64,000 nucleotides of DNA from the human T2T-CHM13v2.0 reference genome, Homo sapiens. Shown piece after piece: positions 47,269-63,229 of the stretch. Each line of letters starts with the position of its first letter. Position 1 is the first letter of the stretch. The DNA is taken from the NCBI RefSeq assembly GCF_009914755.1, contig NC_060925.1, one strand, 5' to 3'. Both the position numbers and the translations under genes were made by a program. Under the pieces are notes generated by a model. It was not told the DNA's origin. It searched no databases and was given only the letters and a program-made list of their open reading frames with translations.

Positions 47269-50226
47269 TACCCCTTACTTATTTTTCTCTTCACTGATAT
47301 ATCTGCTCACTTCACAGCATTCTCCACTCTCTGTATTTACTCTTCCTTGAATTTCTTGCCATAACAAAGCTTATCTGCTTTTTTTTTTATCTCATCCCGT
47401 CAGAGCCCTGCTAAGTATATCCCTTCATGCCAATCTTTACTCATCCTGCAAGGCTCAGTTCAAGTGGTTACCTCCCCTTTAAGTCATCAGCGCAATTTTT
47501 GTTGTTTCGTTAAACACTGATGAGAAATAGATCCTCTCTTAGTATGCTAATAAAATCAGTCTTCTAAGCTTACAAAGCTGACATACTATATAAACACAGA
47601 CAGCCCAAACTTACTTGCCTTTCATTTGAAACTTGTAGAGTAAGCAGCACTGATGTTGTTATCACAAGTTAGAATAAAAGAAAGATGAGGGAGAAGGAGA
47701 AAGGGGGGGGGAGAGGGAGGAGAGAGAAGTAGTAGATCGAGAAAGAGGGATGGAGAAAGAGTGAGGGAGAAAGGTGAAATTAAGTCTTAGTAGAGGATAA
47801 AACTATGACTCATAACCAAGTCTTTGACTCTAAACTCAGTGACTATATCAATTGACTCTGTGGGGGGAATATAGTATATGCCTAAAGAAATAGATATGGG
47901 AGATCCAATGGTTATAACTCATTTTACAAGTACAGAGAACCAAAGAACCATTAAATGTGTCAATATTCAGCGATAGTCTATCACAAATTGGAAGAAGAAG
48001 AATTGTACTATTATGTTTACTACCTCAAAATGGACAGATTTTTACATCTCTTAGTAATTGGTAGTTTAAAATACTTAAAAGAAAGTTACCAATTTTTAGA
48101 TAAAAAGGAGTAATATATCGCTTTATAAAGTATAACAAGTTACAGAGTTAACTCTTAACTATTAAATAACTAAATTAATATAACATAGCACTTAAATTTA
48201 ATGAATTCTCACTGTTTAAAATTTTCATATGTCTTGATCAGTTACATCCCAAAGCTATATTCTTTCCAGTTTGTAGGAAAGAACAAATATGACTGTTTAA
48301 AATAAAATCACCAAATTTGCAAATGAGAATGATTATAGACTTCGACACACTTTTCTTTTTCTTGCCAATTTACTTAAACTGACTAAATTAACTAGATAAT
48401 TGCCCAATATTCATTTTGTATTATTTTTTATAGTCTCAGCTAAATAGTCAATACCAGAATCAAGACTCAAATACAGCTTCCTAGCTCCAGTTCACTGAAT
48501 TAAGGAACTAAAGGAAACTGTTTAAAATAAACCATTTTATTTTATTTTTTCAATATTATGAGGATATGGGAAAAGAAAAGGATCTGGAGTATTCCCCTTC
48601 TTCTAATCAAAGTTATTGTATCCTTATGTAACAGGCATTGTGCTAAGCACTTTACATGTGTTATTTTATCCACACGACAGCCTTGTGTAGTAAGTATTAC
48701 TATTTTCTTCACTTTAGCATTGTTAAAAATGAGGCTCAGAGAGTATTTAAGAAACTTGCTCAAGGTCAGTTAGCTAATAAATGGCGGAAACTGGGCTTAA
48801 CTCTAAGATGCTGGCTCTGGAACACCTGTGCTTAAATACCACTGTCACACTGGGTATGTTAAAGGTGGCAATCGTTTCTTAGAAGTATTCTTACTTTAAA
48901 TAGCACATCTATTCTGTATAAAGAGATAAATGCTAATTTATTTATAAAATGAGAAATGAAGCTCTAAGCTGTGTATAGAAGTTTTGGCTAAGTGCCCATA
49001 CAAGTGTTTGTGAAGAAAGGACTTGAAGTTACTGCAGCTACAATGAACTGCTTCTGTTAACAATAAACACATTTCAGATTAATTTCTATGGGAAATTCTT
49101 CGAGATGAATATTCTACACAGAGATTTTTACACACGTGGTTTTCACACCTAGGGATCATGAACCTGAGAAAGATGTGCATGTTAAGAATTAGTTACACAT
49201 TATGCATGGTGCAAGTCATTGTAGAGAAGTGTTGTAGCTATGCCAACATCTCACTGGCAGCCATCCCACCAACACAGACAAAGTAATAACAAAAATACAC
49301 ATATCAGGTAAGAAAAGGTATCTACATCTGTCAAATCCTCAGAAAACTCAGACTTACATAATTAATTTTTCTGGAGATAGAATCATTTATTCATTAGATT
49401 ACACCTAAAACTTGGACATAAAAAATATACAATTTACATCTATTAATAAGGTACTTAAAATGTTTTTTCTTAGCTGTGTTAAAATTTAAGGGAATTTACT
49501 GAAACCGTGACAAATCACATAGATGCTTATTTCTTCTCATTCTTAAAATCTTACTCAAATGAGAATAAGGAAATGTGGTTTAGAACTACAGGGAAAAAGT
49601 TAATGAGTAGAAGAGACAACAGCAGACAAAATATATCAACAAATTTTTGGAAAATGAAAAGCACATGAAGAAATTACCAGAGCTGAAAAAACTGAACCTA
49701 AGGGCTTCAGAGGCAAATGCTAATGACAGGCAGGCTGATTCATATTGCAAAATCCTGAAAAGGCTCAAGAATTGAAGGCACCAAATCAATGAATTCAGCA
49801 TTGAGGCTTCAAATTGGGGGTTGAGGATATGTGAGGGTGGAGGATTGAAAGTTTGTATAAGAAGTTTCCAGACTAAAGGAGACCAAAGGTTAATGACATA
49901 GAAGCATTGAATCAATCGTAGAGGAAAATGGAAGGGAAGCTCTGTATTGAGAAGGGATTTGGCTAAAATTGACATACAAAATTGTGAGACAATCCTCCCC
50001 CCATCAACCCAAGAACCTCTTTATATCACTGAACTCTAATAACAGTGGCAACCAGGATTATATTCTACAAGTAAGGTATTGGAGGATCCTTCTCTACATG
50101 CCTTAGACATGTGTAGCCTAACAAAATAGTCAGACAGGTTTCTACTTAATCATCCTCTATGTGAAACATCTCAGTTAACTAGCCTACCCATGCAAACAGT
50201 TGTTAAGCATATTTTTAGTGTCTTAC

Positions 50227-50521
50227 TTTTTTTTTTTTTTTTGAGACAGAGTCTCACTCTGTCAGCCAGGCTGGAGTGCACTGGCACGATCTCAGCGCCC
50301 TGCAACCTCTGTCTCCTGGGCTCGAGTAGTTCTTCTGCCTTAGCCTCCCAAGTAGGTGGGATTACAGGCATATGCCACCACATCCGGCTAATGTTTTTGT
50401 ATTTTCCAGTAGAGATGGGGTTTCACCATTTTGGCCAGGCTCGAACTCCTGACCTCAGATAATGTACCCGCCTCAGTCTCCCAAAGTGCTGGGATTACAA
50501 GCATGAGCCTCGCATCTGGCC
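50227..50521 (-). mobile_element. AluS
   Basis: Full dimer; TSD agtgtcttactttt on both sides. Confidence 0.92.
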
Positions 50522-50765
50522 AGTGTCTTACTTTTAAATGATAACAGAAATGTTGCATACTTATAAACAACTTCTCCAACATAAAAGACAGACCAATACA
50601 AAAATTTAGAACAAAGACAATGCAGAGAGCAGAAGAAAAGTTGAAAAAATCGTCATTCTTATCCTTACAGAGATAAAAGTAGACATTGCATCAAAGAAAC
50701 GAGAACAGGATGAAAAAAAAAAAGACTAGTCTCAGTGAAAAAACCCTTAAAAATTTAAACACAGA

Positions 50766-51108
<343 letters not shown>

Positions 51109-54100
51109 TTAAACAAAATGTTTGGAATAGTAAGTGATGAAAAATCTCACATAAAGTAGTACATAAAACAAAGACGGAAAATAGGATCTAAAAATAAGAA
51201 AATAAAGAGCCCAATACTGAAGATTTAATATTTAAAAGATATTGAAGAAAGAGGAAATAAATATATCAGGAAGAAAAACATAACGCAGGAAAATTCCCAG
51301 AAAATTAAGGATGCTTCCACACTGAAAAGGCCTACTAAGTGCCTAGCACAATGAATTGTAAAAAGACCTGTACCAAGACAGATTATTGTAACCTTCCAAA
51401 ACATCAAAGATAAATAGATGATCTTAAGGGATTAAAAGGGAAATTAAAAGGTCACATATAAAGGATCAAGAATTAATATAACATCAGATTTAAAAAGTCT
51501 GCAAGCCAGATAAAAAAAGGCAAAAGATGAAAATATTTCAAATTCTGAGGGAATAATATTTACAGCCTAAAATTTTATACTCACCTGAACTACCTGTAAG
51601 ACTGAGAATAAACACATTCTCAGAAATGGAATGTTGTAAAAAATGCACCACCCAAGTGCATATTCTCAGGATGCAACTAGAGGATGTGCTGCACCCAAAT
51701 AAATAAGGAAATAGACTATGAAAAATGACATAAGACTTCCAAGAAACTCCATCTAACACAGATATCAGCTCTACTGGAAGCTTAGAGAACTACTGGTCCA
51801 TAGCAGAGCAGAATTTTAGCATGCAGAAGGAATATCTCCAAGAAAAGAATCAAATTTCTGGAGTACTTGCTGCGTTTGGGGGAAAATATATTTCAAAATA
51901 TCTGAGATTTAGTGATAGTGACATAGAACATAAAGCAAACAGAAAAGGAGGCAATCTTGTTAATTCACAAGAAAAAAATATAAACGTACATGGCTCAGTG
52001 ATAAAAAAATATACACATGGTCATAATAAGCTGAATTGTGAATATTAAATTAACCAAAAATTGGATAAAACTATATTGAGAGAATAGAAGTAGGGAAAGG
52101 AGACACAGAGAATAGTAATGTTAAGTCCTCATCATTAATAATAGGAAGTCAATATAATATTTAAACATATTATAGTATTAAATATAGATGTTAAAACCAA
52201 AAGAAGGTGCTAAAAGAGTTTGGGCAGACAATAGTAGGAGTGGGTAAGGGGAAGGGACACTGCTTTTTGCTATATGTTTTGTCATACAATTTGGCCTTTA
52301 AACTTTGTACAGTACTTGTAATTCTTTGATATACTTTTTTAAGTTTTGAAAAATCTCATAAGCATACAAATATTTATTTCTGATAAGTCTAACTTAGGAT
52401 AATCTCTCACTCAAACATATTCAGCAGTATTAATATAAATAATATCTGTGATCATATAAAAACACAATTTATCTGATAATGGTTTTCCAGTCTCCTGATT
52501 AGATGTTACAAATTGCATCGTGCCAATTTAATCAGAAAATTTCTTTTAGGAAAAAAGTGTTTCTAAGTTTCTGATAATATGCTATTTCCATTTCTTTTTT
52601 TGTGCTCAAAAATATTCAATTTTCTAAAGTCTGAGAGGTTTTCTAAAGGACTTTTCTTTTTGTTAAGAACTGGCAATAAAATTTTAGGTGTATAAAATTG
52701 AAAATTATGATGCTTGCCCTGAAATAAAATAACATATTTTACATTCCATAAATGAGATCTTAAGGGTGAGAGAAATATGTTGTTTCTTTTATTTATTCCT
52801 TTTGTTGGTTCTAGATTTTTAAAAAATAAGTTCATAAATATTTAATTTTCCCTATATCTTTCTTTGCATGGGTTTCTAATATTTTGATAATAATATCTTT
52901 GGTAAATTATTAAACTCATAATGCCAGTGGCTGGCAACTGTGAAGCTAGAGGACGTCTAAGGGAAAGAGTTTTGTCTTCAGAGACGGACAGACCTAGATT
53001 CAAATCTAAGCTGTAGGTGAGCCACTTCTTTGAGTCTCAGTTTCTTCATCTATAATACCTACTCTGCAGGTTCATTATGATGATTAGAATAATATATGTA
53101 AAGTACCAGCAAAAGAGATGATACAAAATATACATTTAATTAATAATTGTATTCTTCTCTTCCTTATCTTCTCTGTGGCTCTAGGAGCCTCAATTTTAAG
53201 GAATTTGTAGACTTTGCAGTCAAAATATGAGCTCAAATCTTGGTTCTTCCATTCATTAAGCTTTTACTTGGAGGTGGTTACCTATTCTCCTTAATCTCAG
53301 TTTCAGCAATTCTATCATGGCCATAATTACAAAACCCTGTGATGAGGCAGCAGTGAAGTAAATGTACATTCTAATAGCACAGTGACTAGTAGCTCATAGT
53401 AAGTTCTCAGAAACAGTAACCGTGATAATAACAATAAATTAAGAGAGAGAGTTTTTCTCCTCTTCATGGCTACTTCAAGCTAAATGAAGTAACATAAATG
53501 CCTTGGTTAAGAATAGTTTTTCATGAAGTTACATGTGACATGTGGCTTAATCATTTCCCATAAAAGAGATTTAGAAAATGTCTTCTAAGAAATATTTTAA
53601 TTCATCTATGTGATATTTGAAAGAATATTTATCTGTATCTACTTGTCAATTTGGTCAACCAGAGTACCACTCTTCCTTTTTGCCCTCTCTCTACCTTGCA
53701 CATATTTCATTCATAATTTGTTTACTTGTCTTTTTCTTACTGTTATTTGATCAATTGATCAAACTGACAAGGGGTTCATCAAACTGACCACTCAACTGAA
53801 AACTTGGTTCTGTAAGAATTAATGCTTTGGCAGCTCTGTGCAGAAGAGCCCTTTGCTACCTTTAAGGCAGAGGAGAAAAACAAACAAACAAATCTGAGGC
53901 CTTGGTAATATTATCTGTAGGTCCAGCACAGTTCTAGGATTTGTCTCTTTGACTTTGGTATGTTTTTTACCTTTGATAAAGGCATTTTTTTCACTTTGAT
54001 GCTACAGACATTATCTTATTTACATTTCCAATCATTGGCAATAGGATATTACACAGGAAATAGAAGATGCATCAATCATGTTTAAATGAATGAATTAGGA

Positions 54101-54643
54101 TATACATAGACTCCTGAAACTCTATCATCATACTACCAGAGTAATTAACTAGTAGGCACAAACAAAACAGGTTTAGGTTTATTTTCTAAACCTCTCCATT
54201 TGAATTACATAGAATCCTAAGCCCACTAGTATGCAAATTCCATTTTGTTTCTTAATGATGCAAATCTGGACGGAACATTTTTTATATGCTTTTGTTGTAT
54301 CAAGAAGTGCAAAGGTAATTCAGTCACAGTTTGCCACCCCCAAGAACTCCCACTTAAAATGAAGTCACAAGCAAAGCCTTTTTATTGTACAAAACTTCTT
54401 TTTTATAGAGTTTGCTTAAAAATGTAAGCAATTTCACAGACGGAAGATATGAGTAATTTCTTAAAGGTCGTATTTCCCCTCAAAATTGGTTTCTTTAATC
54501 TTACATTCTCATGGTACTGGGTGGAATTTTTGTTATTGTTTAATGTTGAATTTACAGTTATAATGAGTTGAAAGTTATGTACTTTTGCTGTCTGGAAGTA
54601 GAATTTTTAAGTAAGCAAATAAATTAAAAGGTAATTTTCTTAC

Positions 54644-54708
54644 CTTGTTCTTGTGCATGAACAACCACCCCAGCCACACATAGTACAATAAAATGAAGAA
54701 GTGATTTC
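54644..54708 (-). CDS. COL24A1: Collagen XXIV alpha-1, exon 2 (signal peptide region, KSLLHFIVLCVAGVVVHAQEQ)
   Basis: Minus strand reads ttttcctag|G AAA TCA CTT...GAA CAA G|gtaaga. The 65-bp exon encodes a hydrophobic signal-like stretch and its phase-1 end joins the next exon as G|GC (Gly). Peptide recognised as the COL24A1 N-terminus. Confidence 0.93.
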
Positions 54709-54834
54709 CTAGGAAAAGAAAAAAGCATTTGGGAAAAACTTACTAGTTGGACATTTACAACCATATAGAATCCAAAACAGTCTATGCAAGATTAAGAATT
54801 AAGCAATTATTTTAAATAGCATGATATTTTAATA

Positions 54835-55050
54835 TTCATAGTGGTTAAGACCAAAGGCTCTGAAGTGAAATTCCAGTTTTGCCACTTACTATGTGACTTG
54901 GGCACATTTTTAATCATTCTATGCCTTAGCTGCTTTATCTGTTAAACCTATCTCATAAGATTTTCTGAAGATTAACTTAAAAACTTCATGTAAAGCACAG
55001 AAAACAGTACCTGGCACATAGGAAACATTCAATAAATATGAACTAGTATA
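54835..55050. mobile_element. MIR relic (others at ~250-430, 17900-18140, 26370-26570, 31520-31720, 45830-46050, 48620-48840)
   Basis: MIR-core-like motifs (tttgccacttactatgtgacttgggca; aaagcac...cagtacctggcacatagg). Confidence 0.6.
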
Positions 55051-56416
55051 GGTGGTATTATTATCATATATTATGTTAAATTACCATATATGCAATTTCA
55101 TACAAAGTAATAGAAATTTCCACAAAAATAACGCAAATTACAGTTGCTTAACTATAGTGATTATAAGTTAATGGAACCAGCTATTTATTTGTTTAATGGT
55201 TATATGTGAAAGCCATTTGAATATCATACTTAAATCACTCGTACTAGATTCATGATTTTTTGGTTTTGAAAATAGCAATGGCCTGTAGATGTCAACATTG
55301 AGCATTTTGATTAGTAGTAGCTATGAGCACAATACCCAATCACTACAAATTAAAATGTCCATTAGTATTGATAAGCTATCTAAGCAAAAATGTTTTGTGA
55401 CATTGCTAGTATAACCAAACTTTTAATAAATTTTGTTGAACATTCTTCATAATTGGCTGTATCTACCTCCAAAATGAAAATTACAGAAATAATTTTGAAG
55501 AGAGATGATAAGCATGCTGAAAACAATACTTCATTACCTAATTTTGCTAATATAGACCCTGATTCTGTTTTTGATTCTAACCCAGGGACTGTTCAAATGA
55601 TGTATTTGTAAAATGCAGTTCCGCAAGGAGTGATTATGGAGCTGTCTATAAACCATTAATTCCCTTTTATTAAATTCCTGATGTACTAGTAGTAATTGGT
55701 ACATTTTCTATTTATTACTAATAAGATGTTTTTTACCTTTACCAACTAGTATAAGGAGCATCTTAATGTAAGAAAGATGATCTTTTTACAAAGCTTAAGC
55801 CAGCAAATATATAATTCGACTATTTATAATGGAACACAAATTTCATTTGTATTAAAATGGTATTTATCCTTTGTTAGTAATTTTAAAATTGAACATTCTA
55901 TGGCCGTACTCAGTCCAGAGCACAGCTCTTATAAGACAAGGTTTTGATAGAATACTTAACAACTGTCACTAACTCTACAAACAGATCAACTGAATCATTG
56001 CAGAGATTTCAGCTGATATGGATAAATAACTAAACCATATATTCTAATGAGGCCTATGAAACATTCTTATATATGGCATTATTCATGTAGATGGATGGTT
56101 CCCAAATGTTAGACTCACCTGAGGAACTTGTAAAAAATGCAGATTTTGGGCCCTGACACAGAGATTATGATTCAAAAATTTGCGATGGATATGCAGGATG
56201 CATACATTTTAACTAGGTGATTCTAGTGCAGATTGTACGTGTGCCAAACTCTGAGAAAAAACTATTTAGAACATTCACTGTGTTTATATTTACAATGTTA
56301 TTAAAATACATCTAAATTGATTTTACTTTTGCTTAAATCACATATATCTAATTTTATAACATGACATGACCCTAAAATATTGTTTGGCCCTTTTAAAATC
56401 CTTTCCTACTGCACTA

Positions 56417-56605
56417 GGTCAGTGGTTTTCAAACTTTAGTGTGATCAGAATCGCATGAAGCACTTGTGAGCAATCACTGGGCCTCACCCCCAGAATTTCT
56501 AACTAAGTATGTCTGGGGTGGGGCTCAAGAATATGCATTTATAACAAGTTCCTGGGTGTACTGACGCTACCGATCTGGGACTACATTCTGAGGACCACTA
56601 CTCTA
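56417..56605. mobile_element. MER5A (hAT-Charlie); further MER5-like copies at ~56095-56265 and ~56655-56695 plus 57721-57860
   Basis: cagtggttttcaaacttt...ctgaggaccactactcta termini with an internal palindromic structure. Confidence 0.75.
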
Positions 56606-56634
56606 AAATAAATGACCCTCAAGAGATGATATAA

Positions 56635-57720
<1,086 letters not shown>

Positions 57721-59555
57721 ACCTGGGGAGTTTTAAAAACTAATAATTGGATCTTTCTCTCCTTGCCCCACAGAGATTCTGATTTTAATGTGTCCATAAC
57801 ACAGGCATTTTAAAACATTTTCCACTGATTCTAATGTGCAAACAAGGTTGAGGACCATCACGCAAGATTAAAATGATGTGTGGGCTCTCCAGGATGTATC
57901 CTAATATGATTTAGAGCTTGAGTAAGGAGGCTATTTACCTTTCAAATTTATGTTTCAACATATAACTGGCAGGATACATATCAGCGAGACTAGAAAACTG
58001 CTTACTTAGGATTACAGTCAATGAAGGATAGTGCATCTCAATTATGCTGTCTTAAGTATAAAGTTGAATGTGAATGGAAGCATGTCTCACCTGCCCAAGG
58101 TAATCAGCCTCACTCAGATGCATAGAAACAACCCAACAGGCACTTTTCCCTTAAAAATAACTAATGACAAGTACAACAGCCAGCACTACTCATTTAGCAA
58201 TTCAACAAACTCATAAACTTCCCCAATGACTTCAGTGGAGAAAAATGGAAATAAACATGTTAACAAGTCCATTCCTGGTGTGAGGCAGGAAAACCTGAGC
58301 ACATCAAGCATCATTCTTTAGACAGGTGATCCTAGGGGATTATGACAAACCAGTTGAGCCATACCTTGCATAAATGTACCTGTGTATGAAAGCTGATGAC
58401 TAATGGACTGGTAGAGATCAATGACTGAAATAGATTCTCTTTCTCTTTGTCTAGTTACAACCAAAACAAATAGCGAACTGAAAAAGAACAGGTAAAGTTT
58501 CTTACAATGCATTCAAGACCCTTATTATTTAGCTTCAATTTCCTTTTTTAGCAGTATGGATCCCACTACCCCTGATATCTCCAAAGTTCCAGCCATACAA
58601 AGTTATTCTCCATCCACTGGAAAGACCTTGTATATGTCTGAAATGCCCTACCAGTCTCCACTTACCATTCTTAAGTACACCCAAAGCCTAATTAAATCAA
58701 TACTTGCTCCATGAAGTTTCCCATCATCTCTAAAGGGGAATGAATCTTTCCCCCACCTCTGTACTTTTGATACATTAATTGTGACTTTGTTATACTCCTA
58801 TAAGTCCTACCTTTTATGAAAGTAAATATCTGAGCAAGCAGCAGGTCTTCATTTTTACCTCTAGTGTACCCATGTGTTACATGAAATTGACAGTAAATAC
58901 TTTTTAAAAGGAAATGATCAAAAGTATTATCTCCCAATGACTGAGGAATTCACTTTTTCCTTATGGACTTGATTCTTTTAACACTTGGAAAAAATAAAAT
59001 AAAATACAGGCAATTTTAGTTAGATGTCCAAAGAAAGAGAAGGGAAATAGAATTTTTTAAATCTGCTATGGTAGCATATATGGTAGCCTTCTTCTTTTTT
59101 TTCTTAATTTTCATTTTAGCTTTCTTGTCTCTGAAGTGGGTACAACAGAGAAAGGATGAAGTTTCATTGACATAGTCAGTTTGATAAAGAGCCAAACCAT
59201 TATTGTATATGGGTATTTAATGAATCCAAGATTCTTGGGAAATGTCTGATGGACTAGGTTTGTTTGTTTCTTTGGATTTTCCTCCTTATGATGTTACATT
59301 TATTATACATTTCCTCAACAAATAAAACTTATCAAGTTTCCACATTAGCAGTAGATGGTAGAGTCCTCTATGGAAGCAGCTGTTCTTTGTCCTTCTGGGT
59401 CTTAGCTGACTCATCTATCATGTGATGACATAATACAAATTTTATGTTTTTGTGTTTTACATTCCAAATGTAAAATCCTATAATTTGTGTGTGTGATGGG
59501 ATCACATTAGTATACTGGCATTAAAAGACAAAAAGCAAATTACTTAGCAAAATGT

Positions 59556-59661
59556 TATATATATAGGTGTGTGTGTGTGTGTATACACATACATATATAT
59601 AAAGGGTTTGTATATATGTGTGTGTGTGTGTGTATACACATACATATATATAAAGCGTTTG
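59556..59661. repeat. Tandem duplication of a compound (TA)n(TG)n microsatellite unit
   Basis: Two copies of tatata(tg)n tatacacatacatatatataaag(g/c)gtttg. Confidence 0.9.
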
Positions 59662-60766
59662 TTATTTAACCACAAAACTGTAACGGTCTTCCTATAGTTT
59701 TGGTCCAATACTATTTAAGTAACCTAAAATAGTCTACTAAGTTGTTAATTCATTCATATATTTAGTTTACTCCCACAAACAGTCTAGTTGGTATATTAAA
59801 CATGAACAATTTTTGAATATTCAAAACATGTTTGTTTTCATTCACTGGTTTGTATATGTGGACCATGTGTCACTAATACAAAGTTATAGAGTTATAGTTA
59901 CTCAGACATTTAACAAAATCAGACCATATCCAAAATAAATCAACAATATGGTAACAAACACTTAATAAAGGCTCAAAAAATATAACCCAAGATATTGATA
60001 GCTAACAAAATAAGAAACACTCTGCATGAGTCTGGCTGCTAGTCACATTTTCACTTTGACACCAGCAACAGTCCAAACATAACCAGACATGTGAGGGTAA
60101 AGGCCTAAAGAGGATAAGACAGAAAATAGATATCCAAAGACCATACTCAGAACATGTAAATGACTAATACCCATTCCAGGCATCGTTCCTAGATGATTCT
60201 TAGAGCTATTCAACTTCCTCTTTATTCAAAAGATCCAAGTTGCTTTAGGGGAATCCGAGGGATCTTTTGCTTAGGGTACCCCTGAGACTCTAAGGTATTA
60301 TAACTTATGTCTTCAGGCTACTGATGCTCACTTCTACATAGATTCAATTTATAATAGTGGGAAGGACTTGTGAAATCTTGTGAATAGACAACTTTTTATG
60401 AGTTGGTGGCCTTCTTTTAAACCAATTGAAAATGGTGAACAAATCTGAAAGACACACACACGTGATATACATCAATAATTTCAACAATTTCCACCACGCT
60501 ACGTTTACATGCCAAAAACTTCTCTAAGTCATGACAGCTTTACAGATTTTGCTCTTTACTAGCTACTAAGATCGAGAAATAGTAAAATTTCTGTTCTTTC
60601 CTCTCAAAATAACTGAAAAAAGAGTTTTCATCACAGCAGTGGACATAAAGTTGGATGATTCAGGGAGCAAAGTAGTACTGTCACTAACTTACTTGCAATT
60701 AATTTTTCAGACTATTAATTCAACTCAGGTGGTAGTTATATAGCTAAACCAGCATGAAGCATACTA

Positions 60767-61111
60767 CAGGTTGAGCACCCCCAATCTAAAAATCCAAAGT
60801 CCTAAATGCTCCAAAATCTGAAAGGTTTTGAGGGCTGAAATGATGCCATACTGGAATCATTTTACACCTGACTTTATGGGTCACAGTCAAAACTTCATTT
60901 CATGCACAAAATTACTAAAAATATTATATAAAATTAACTTCAGTCTATGTGTATAAGGTATATATGATACATAAGTGAATTTCATGTTTTGACTTGGGTC
61001 CCATCCCCAAGATATCTCATTATATATATGCAAATATTCCAAAATCCAAAAAAATTCAAAATCCCAAACACTTCTGGTCTCAGGCATTTTAGATGAGCAG
61101 TACTCAACCTG
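60767..61111. mobile_element. Tigger4/Zombi-type non-autonomous DNA transposon
   Basis: TIRs caggttgag...ctcaacctg flanked by TA; ~345 bp. Confidence 0.85.
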
Positions 61112-63229
61112 TAGAGCTTTTGGTTAAATTCTAAGCATTCAAGCAATTCATGCAGTGCAAGGGAGATAAATGCTTAAGAACTTCATTTAATCAAAGTGTC
61201 TAGAGTCCAGTCAGTAGGAGGGAAGAAAAATACATCTAAACTAGTCTGTCCTAGTAATACCACAGAGAATGTTAAACTATTGCCTAGCTTAGTAAAGTTC
61301 CTGGCACATACTAGTGTTAGATAAAGATTTTCAAGTGAACTAATGAATCAGATAATCTTCAGTCAATGAAAGTATCAGGTGGTCTTGAGTTTCAACAAAT
61401 ACATAACTTATCTAGCATCTTCTACCTATACACTCATCCCAAAATCAAGAAAAGTCAAGTCTCCCCAACCTCTGCTTGTTAAACATGGTTTAAAGGCCTT
61501 TCCAAATCTGGTCTCTGTTTATCTCTCCAGCTCCAGCTCCAGTCACTGCTTCCCTAGAATGTGTACTCCAACCAACTTCATTTCTTTCAGGCCCTCAAAT
61601 GCACTGTGCTGTCTCACTTCTGAGCTTTTTATTGTTCCTTCTGTCTGGTAAATTTCATGTTCTTTTCAGTAAGGTCTCAGTCTAGATTTCATTTCCTTTG
61701 GTTACCTTTTCCTTCCAGTATTATCCTTTCCTCCCCTACCCACCCACCCAAGACTGCTAGGTGCCCCTCATGTATATATCCTCCTCTCATTTCGTTATAC
61801 TTGGTTGTTTCATTTGCTATTTCCTTTATTAGACTGGAGAGCAGCAACTGTGGATCTGTCATACTCAATCATTGTATCTCTGCTGCCTAGAACCACACTG
61901 GGCCCATAGTTGGAGCTCAGTAAACATGTGTTGAATAAATACGTTAATGAATGATGAATAAATGAATGACAGAATAATGTTAGCCTTTTATGAGAATGAA
62001 AATAAAATTGTCTTTACTTCTCATTAGAGTTACAAATTCTAAAATAAGTCATAGTTGGAAGGCATGGCAAGGAAACTAGCACAGCTATTCTAATTCCCAT
62101 AATAACATTTACTTTTATTCTGCCGTTCACAAATTACCAAGTAGAATGTCTAAATGACACTCAAAAGTACTTTCCATAAATTACATTTACTCTCCCTGAG
62201 ACATCAGCTTATTTTAAAAATTTATTTGAACACAAATATAACTAAGCAACTTTAAAAAATAGAATTTCGTGCCATCTAGGAAATAGATCTTTATATTCCA
62301 AAATTCCTTTTTGGTTATAAAAGTCTTTAATTACCATAATAGCCTGCCTCAGAGACCTTCTGATAATATGTCAAATTAAGGTATCTAAAGCTGACTTTGA
62401 GATTTCATTAATTTTATTAATTCTACAAATTCACGTTAGGCAACCCATATAAAAGACCCCACAAAAGAAAGTGTCGTAAAGATCCACTTTTAAACTGGAA
62501 CTGTTTTTGGGTGACTAATAAGAACTGTGATTTTAAAAAGCGCTCCCTCTCTTACAAAACATCACCACAAAAGGAAAATAAAACTCAGGGATTTCATCAG
62601 AGACTCTAAGGTTTAATTCAGTGGCCTGACATTATAAATCAGCTACTTCTTCCAAATCCAGCCCCCCCGCCCCACCCCGCCTCAAACTCCGAAGGGTTGG
62701 TGGCATTATTTTTCAAAGGGAAAAATTCCAAATTATTTATGAAAATTGGATTTTCTAGAAACAATTTTTTCAGTCCAATCATTAGCTATCTTTCCCAAGT
62801 TTGCATGTGTGGTTGGAGCTGTGAGTTCTGTAATCTGATGTAATTATGAATTACCCTTAATTCTCTGCAGCCCATCCCCAGTGGCCCCTGTAACAGAACA
62901 AATTGGATATTATGAGATAACCAAGGGCTGCAAGGCCTCTGGTGGTCATGGGAGACAAACACCTTCATCCAGAACCTGCTACTTATCCCCATGTCTCTGC
63001 ACAAGGGTTCTCTTCCCATTCCACGTTTTATAATTTTTCTTCAGAAGTTCCTCCGGTGCAATCCATTCTATTTGGTTTCTCTGCCTCCCTCCCCCCAAAT
63101 CATCTGGACCCAATTTACAAACCCCAAACTGCCCAAGAATTTATGCAGGGCCTTTTCTGGGAGCGTCTGGAAGGGAAGTGTAAACCAGACAAGACAAAAC
63201 CCAGGAGCAGATCTGCTTTAACTCCGGTG

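Noticed and set aside
53746-53763. Perfect 18-bp palindrome TTTGATCAATTGATCAAA (and a 16-bp TTTTGAATATTCAAAA near 59811)
   Set aside because: Short AT-rich palindromes with no supporting context; probably chance or trivial fold-back events.
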